From Candidatus Omnitrophota bacterium (GTDB lineage: Bacteria > Omnitrophota > Gorgyraeia > Duberdicusellales > 4484-171), in contig JAHKAJ010000015.1 in assembly GCA_018826075.1 (NCBI GenBank), positions 15,091-79,090 of the forward strand: 64,000 bases of DNA, read 5' to 3'. Each line of letters begins with the position of its first letter. Within the stretch, counting starts at the first letter, position 1. The translations under genes and the position numbers were made by a program. Below the pieces are notes generated by a model. The model was not told the origin of the DNA. It was given only the letters and a program-made list of their open reading frames with translations, and made no database searches. Below are positions 60,209-64,000 of this stretch, piece by piece.

Positions 60209-60220
60209 GAACTTATATAA

Positions 60221-60236
60221 CCCGTTAGCCCGTTAG
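60221..60236 (-). repeat. Perfect tandem 8-mer direct repeat (CCCGTTAG x2), a candidate operator in the 5' leader of the regulator gene.
   Basis: Plus-strand CCCGTTAGCCCGTTAG lies 12 nt from the regulator start codon at 60206..60208. Confidence 0.35.
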
Positions 60237-60276
60237 GAAAATATGAAAACTTACCCCTTGTTCATTTATTGAACAT

Positions 60277-60304
60277 ATTATAAAACCACACCGGGATATG
60301 TCAA
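60277..60304 (-). promoter_or_regulatory. Near-consensus sigma70-type promoter (TTGACA-N16-TATAAT) driving the regulator and the downstream array.
   Basis: On the minus strand, TTGACA is at 60299..60304 and TATAAT at 60277..60282, with a 16-nt spacer. It lies in the only substantial intergenic gap of the window. Confidence 0.45.
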
Positions 60305-60351
60305 CCTTTTTATTGGTTTAGATTTAGGGGAAGAAATCAAAAGGTCAGGAT

Positions 60352-61146
60352 CTATAACTTGCTGCGGTTTAATATCTTAGAAAGAATATCTTTCCGGGGA
60401 GCCGCGCAGATAAAACCGGAGTTTTTTAAGCTTTTCTTGTTATAGCTTAGACCCAAGACCCTGGCTCCAGAGCTTTCAGCGATGGCCTGGCCGCTAGCAG
60501 TGTCCCACTCCATGGTCGGGCCTTGCCTTAGGTAAAGATCGGCTTTTGCCTCAGCCACCCGGCAGAACTTCAGGGAACTTCCGGCATAAATTATCCGGGG
60601 ATTCTTAAACCAAGAGACCACTGTTTCTTCCTCAAGGCTTTGGTGAGAACGGCTCCGTACTATTACCACTCGCTTACCAGAAAGTTTATTGGCCAAAATC
60701 GGCTTAAACTTATTGTTTTTATCGACCTTAAAAGCGCCTTTTTGTTTCTGGCCGAAATATAATTGCTGCCGGGCCGGAATACCGATTATTCCTAAAACCG
60801 GCTGAGAGTTATGGATTAAGGCGATATTGACCGTAAACTCTCCGTTTCGTTTAATAAACTCTTTGGTTCCGTCCAAAGGATCGATCAACCAAAAATATTT
60901 CCAGTTCTTTCTTTTGCTGAAACTTACCGGCCGGCTTTCTTCGGAAATAAGCGGTATCTTGGGAAATAATTTCTTTAGCTTTTTAACTATCAGCTCCTGA
61001 GAAAGCTGATCAGCCAAAGTTAAAGGGCTATTATCTTTTTTTATTGAGACTTCGGTTTGATGGGAATTATAAACTTCGATTATCTTTTGGCCGGCCAGAG
61101 AGGCTATCTTAAGCAGTTGTTTTATCTGAGAATCATTAAAAATCAT
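60352..61146 (-). CDS. cysQ: 3'(2'),5'-bisphosphate nucleotidase (CysQ; inositol monophosphatase family).
   Basis: WLIDPLDGTKEF. Confidence 0.75.
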   Translation of the reverse strand: MIFNDSQIKQLLKIASLAGQKIIEVYNSHQTEVSIKKDNSPLTLADQLSQELIVKKLKKLFPKIPLISEESRPVSFSKRKNWKYFWLIDPLDGTKEFIKRNGEFTVNIALIHNSQPVLGIIGIPARQQLYFGQKQKGAFKVDKNNKFKPILANKLSGKRVVIVRSRSHQSLEEETVVSWFKNPRIIYAGSSLKFCRVAEAKADLYLRQGPTMEWDTASGQAIAESSGARVLGLSYNKKSLKNSGFICAAPRKDILSKILNRSKL

Positions 61147-61760
61147 TTTTGGATATAACCATTCTTGTCCAAATAATCTAAGATCGCTTTTGCGCTTTCC
61201 TGCTTATTAAATTTTTCTGTATCTACAACTAGCTCAGGGCTTTGCGGCTCTTCATATGGGGCGGAAATTCCGGTAAATTCTTTAATTACCCCCGAACGGG
61301 CTTTTTGATAAAAGCCTTTAGGGTCTCTTTGTTCACAAATCGAAAGCCCGGCTTTAATAAATACCTCGATAAAATCACTCTTGGATAAGATCTTTCTTAC
61401 CTGATCCCGGTCTTTTCGGTAAGGAGAGATGAAGGCAGTTATAACTAAAAATCCGGCATCGGAAAAAAGTTTTGCCACTTCTCCAATCCTGCGGATATTT
61501 TCCTCACGGTCCTGGGGTGAAAATCCCAGGTTGCTGTTCAAACCGTGCCTGATATTATCCCCGTCTAAGACGTAAACTTGACAATCTCTTTCAAATAGCA
61601 TTGCCTGCAGCTCGACAGCTATAGTTGACTTTCCCGAAGAAGGAAGCCCGGTAAACCAGATAACCGCTCCTTTGTTTTTGTTTCTTTGTTCGCGGTCGGA
61701 TTTTGAAACTCCGCTCTCATGCCAGGTTATATTTGTACTTTTAATTTTATCCTTATTCAT
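61143..61760 (-). CDS. cysC: Adenylylsulfate (APS) kinase.
   Basis: GAVIWFTGLPSSGKSTIA. Confidence 0.85.
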   Translation of the reverse strand: MNKDKIKSTNITWHESGVSKSDREQRNKNKGAVIWFTGLPSSGKSTIAVELQAMLFERDCQVYVLDGDNIRHGLNSNLGFSPQDREENIRRIGEVAKLFSDAGFLVITAFISPYRKDRDQVRKILSKSDFIEVFIKAGLSICEQRDPKGFYQKARSGVIKEFTGISAPYEEPQSPELVVDTEKFNKQESAKAILDYLDKNGYIQK

Positions 61761-63024
61761 CTTTTCTCCTTCGGTAATAATCAGTTAAAATTTGCGAAAC
61801 CGGTTTGCGCATCACTCTTTGATCGACTTCTTCGCCATTCTGAAGTTTTTTTCTCAACTCCTTACCGGAAATCGATATCTGATGATAGCCTTTTTTACCA
61901 AACTCATCAACCAGGCCGACTCTTTCTATTTCCTCAAAATAAGCGGCAAAACCGACCTTGACCGGCTGGATAAGCAGTTCACCCTTAAGTTGACTGAATT
62001 TATCCTGGGCATCAAAGTCACGCCAGGCCGCAATTCCGTCATCAAAAGAAGCGTCGGCGTGTTTCCTGCCGATAATAATGTCACTAAATCCGTAATTCTG
62101 CCGATAGATAGCATGCATTATCGCCTCTTTGGGCCCGGCATAAAACATCTTCATATCCAGCCCGATCAGTAAAAATTCATCGCTTAGATCATAACCTTTA
62201 GTTTTCCATAGCTCTAAATCTTTATCACCAAAACCCAGCAGTTTATGTTCGATCAAGGCCTCATAAGTCTGCATCCGGACATCAGCCGGGACATCATCGG
62301 ATTTAGTTGCCCCGACTAAAGGGTTAAGCACTACTCCGGTAAAAAAACCCTGCCGGGTAAGCTCCTCCATGGCATAAACCAGGGCATATTCATGGGCCCG
62401 GTGTAAAGCATTTCTGGTCTGAAAAGCAATAATCCTTTCCCAGCCGCGCTTCTTGAATATTTCTCTAGTAGCTTGGGGAAAAAGCATGTATTTGCTGTAG
62501 GCCGAACGGGCAACTTGAGAGAAAGCCCGGATCTTTCCGCCTAAAAGGTACTCGCGCCGGTCATCGTTAACAATCCGGGGGCCGGGATGATCAATGCGTT
62601 CAGTACCGTAAACTGATCGGTTATAAGCTTTCTTATCAAAAAAATAAATATCGGAAATTTCCAGCAGGCCGACAGTCTCGCCGGATTCAGTTTTAACGGC
62701 CACGGTTTCGCCGATACTGAATTTGTCGGCTTCTTGCTTATAAACTGGAAAAGCGATCGGAATAGTCCAGGCATAAAGTTTGCCATTCCTTTCTATGCAT
62801 TCATCCTGCAAAACTTTATTAAACTCATTTTCATCCATCGGCCCTTCTAAAGGAGATAGGGCTCCGTCGGCAATCCGGTAAAATACCGAAAGATCTGAAT
62901 CGAAAATATTATAAACCTTGATTTGTGAAGTTTTGGCTAAAAAACCGGGTTTTTCGGATTCGCTGATAAAGCGGTTGATCAGGCCTATGCCGCCGTGAAC
63001 CGGATAACTACTCTGATTTTTCAT
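61753..63024 (-). CDS. sat: Sulfate adenylyltransferase (ATP sulfurylase, Sat type).
   Basis: IAFQTRNALHRAHEYAL (QTRN...H...H motif). Confidence 0.8.
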   Translation of the reverse strand: MKNQSSYPVHGGIGLINRFISESEKPGFLAKTSQIKVYNIFDSDLSVFYRIADGALSPLEGPMDENEFNKVLQDECIERNGKLYAWTIPIAFPVYKQEADKFSIGETVAVKTESGETVGLLEISDIYFFDKKAYNRSVYGTERIDHPGPRIVNDDRREYLLGGKIRAFSQVARSAYSKYMLFPQATREIFKKRGWERIIAFQTRNALHRAHEYALVYAMEELTRQGFFTGVVLNPLVGATKSDDVPADVRMQTYEALIEHKLLGFGDKDLELWKTKGYDLSDEFLLIGLDMKMFYAGPKEAIMHAIYRQNYGFSDIIIGRKHADASFDDGIAAWRDFDAQDKFSQLKGELLIQPVKVGFAAYFEEIERVGLVDEFGKKGYHQISISGKELRKKLQNGEEVDQRVMRKPVSQILTDYYRRRKDE

Positions 63025-64000
63025 GAAATCTCTTGATTGTTGAGGTTACATACTCGACTTGCCGGTCGCTTAAAAAAGGGTGGATCGGAAGGCTTAAGAT
63101 TTTTTTGGCGGTATCTTCGCTGGCTTTCAAACTGCCGCCTGATTTAGCTGTCTTAAAAGCTTTCATCTTATGTAAAGGAACCGGATAGTAGACGCGTGAA
63201 CTTATCCCCTTGGAATTCAAATAGTTAAGAAGCTGATCTCTTTTTGATGAAACTTTTAAACTATAAAGATGATAAACGTGTTCACTAGCTTTAGGCACAA
63301 AAGGAGTTTTAATCCCTTTGATACCTTTTAGGCCTAAGTCATAGCTTCTGGCAAACTTTCTTCTTAAAGCATTCAATTTATCGATATATTTAAGTTTAGC
63401 TAAAAGTATTGCTGCCTGGATTGAATCCAAGCGAGAATTATATCCGATAAAAGAAGCGTCGTATTGGCTGGTCTGGCCGTGGTTACGCAAAGTTTTTAAA
63501 GACTCAAATAATTTATGGCTGTCAGTTACGATCAGGCCTGCGTCGCCAAAACCGCCTAAATTCTTGGAAGGAAAAAAACTAAAAGCTCCACAATCCCCGA
63601 AGCTGCCTAACTTTTTATTTTCCAAGCTGGCGCCGAAACTTTGTGCAACATCTTCCACCACAAACAAATCGTTCTCTCTGGCTATTTCAAGAATCGCCGA
63701 TAAATCAGCAGCTAAACCGTAAAGGTGCACCGGCATGATGCCTACGGTATTTTTAGTAATCGCTTTTTTGATCTTTAAAGGGTCGATATTAAAAGTCTCG
63801 GGGTCAATATCTACGAATACCGGGGTTGCCCCGCAACGGACAATACTTTCAGCGGTAGCGATAAAGGTAAAGGGGGTGGTGATGACCTCGTCTTTCTTAT
63901 CAAAATATTCCCGGCCTTTGATTTTAAGAGCCAGGGCGCTTAAAGATAAGATAAGGGCTTCGGTGCCGGATGAGACGCCGATCGAATATTTTGAACCTAG
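63008..64000 (-). CDS. DegT/DnrJ/EryC1-family aminotransferase, partial because the N-terminus lies beyond the window end.
   Basis: The in-frame translation continues upstream of the track ORF to the window edge (...SGTEALILSLSALALKIKGREYFDKKDEVITTPFTFIATAESI...MPVHLYG...). Confidence 0.75.
   Translation of the reverse strand, partial: LGSKYSIGVSSGTEALILSLSALALKIKGREYFDKKDEVITTPFTFIATAESIVRCGATPVFVDIDPETFNIDPLKIKKAITKNTVGIMPVHLYGLAADLSAILEIARENDLFVVEDVAQSFGASLENKKLGSFGDCGAFSFFPSKNLGGFGDAGLIVTDSHKLFESLKTLRNHGQTSQYDASFIGYNSRLDSIQAAILLAKLKYIDKLNALRRKFARSYDLGLKGIKGIKTPFVPKASEHVYHLYSLKVSSKRDQLLNYLNSKGISSRVYYPVPLHKMKAFKTAKSGGSLKASEDTAKKILSLPIHPFLSDRQVEYVTSTIKRFHEKSE

Noticed and set aside
60305-60360. 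Possible rho-independent terminator between cysQ and the promoter.
   Set aside because: No GC-rich inverted repeat followed by a U-tract could be read there, so read-through from the sulfate-activation genes is plausible.
3717-62786. Short minus-strand ORFs nested in alternative frames (3717..3941, 10097..10294, 19139..19333, 29458..29652, 38015..38215, 42934..43140, 43342..43590, 53757..53963, 58471..58668, 61926..62114, 62331..62513, 62541..62786).
   Set aside because: They overlap confident genes out of frame and have no supporting motifs.
58-63024. All plus-strand ORFs in the six-frame track (60-126 aa; for example 58..291, 2692..2922, 5242..5442, 26738..27085, 61792..62172).
   Set aside because: Each lies antisense within a long, well-supported minus-strand gene with recognisable enzyme motifs. 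None has a start context or a domain signature, so they are frame artefacts of AT-rich sequence.
1-64000. Archaeal origin suggested by the intein and an agl-like sulfated glycan.
   Set aside because: The sigma70-type promoter, GGAGG Shine-Dalgarno sites, the MsbA-like ABC exporter, the Wzy_C protein and KpsC-like proteins all point to a bacterium.
1-64000. CRISPR arrays, tRNA or rRNA genes, transposases or integrases.
   Set aside because: No spaced direct-repeat arrays, no cloverleaf-like or rRNA-like segments, and no DDE or tyrosine-recombinase-like ORFs were seen. The region is almost entirely protein-coding.

Overview
Almost the whole 64-kb window is one co-directional minus-strand array of about 60 tightly packed genes for biosynthesis of an exotic surface glycan, in what appears to be an AT-rich bacterium. 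Many adjacent genes overlap by 4 nt (ATGA), which suggests translational coupling, and the only sizeable intergenic gap (60209..60351) carries a near-consensus sigma70-type promoter that reads into a small winged-helix regulator and then the array. Read in transcription order (high to low coordinates), upstream of the regulator lies a PAPS-generating cassette (partial DegT aminotransferase, ATP sulfurylase, APS kinase, CysQ). The array itself then runs as follows.

- dTDP-6-deoxyhexose core: rmlA-rmlC-rmlB, where RmlB is interrupted by a full-length intein with a LAGLIDADG homing endonuclease.
- Heptose-like block: GDP-fucose-synthase-like reductase, epimerase, GHMP kinase and nucleotidyltransferase, plus a split transketolase.
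- Radical chemistry: three B12-binding radical-SAM enzymes and a small SPASM-like radical-SAM enzyme, scattered through the array.
- Assembly and export: an ABC exporter, GT2 and GT4 glycosyltransferases, and GT-B-like proteins of unknown specificity.
- Nonulosonic acids: two NeuB-like synthases, three NeuA-like and one KdsB-like cytidylyltransferase, NeuC and NeuD homologues, a CBS-domain nucleotidyltransferase, a 4,6-dehydratase and DegT aminotransferases.
- Amidino-forming trio: WbpG/PseA-like amidotransferase with HisH- and HisF-like partners.
- Tailoring enzymes: six Gfo/Idh/MocA oxidoreductases (three in tandem), several SDRs, and four SAM methyltransferases, three of them with N-terminal Zn ribbons.
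- Other modules: a DHQS-like sugar-phosphate cyclase; a block of transaldolase, HpcH aldolase, SIS isomerase, HAD phosphatase and D-2-hydroxyacid dehydrogenase; and two very large KpsC/KpsS-like putative ulosonic-acid transferases.
- Array end: a Wzy_C (O-antigen ligase/polymerase-like) membrane protein with a long coiled-coil insert, then a 2,6-dideoxyhexose module (NDP-hexose 2,3-dehydratase, 3-ketoreductase, RmlD-like 4-ketoreductase).

No rRNA, tRNA, CRISPR array or transposase was recognised. All functional calls rest on motifs read directly from the translated ORFs; no database search was possible.
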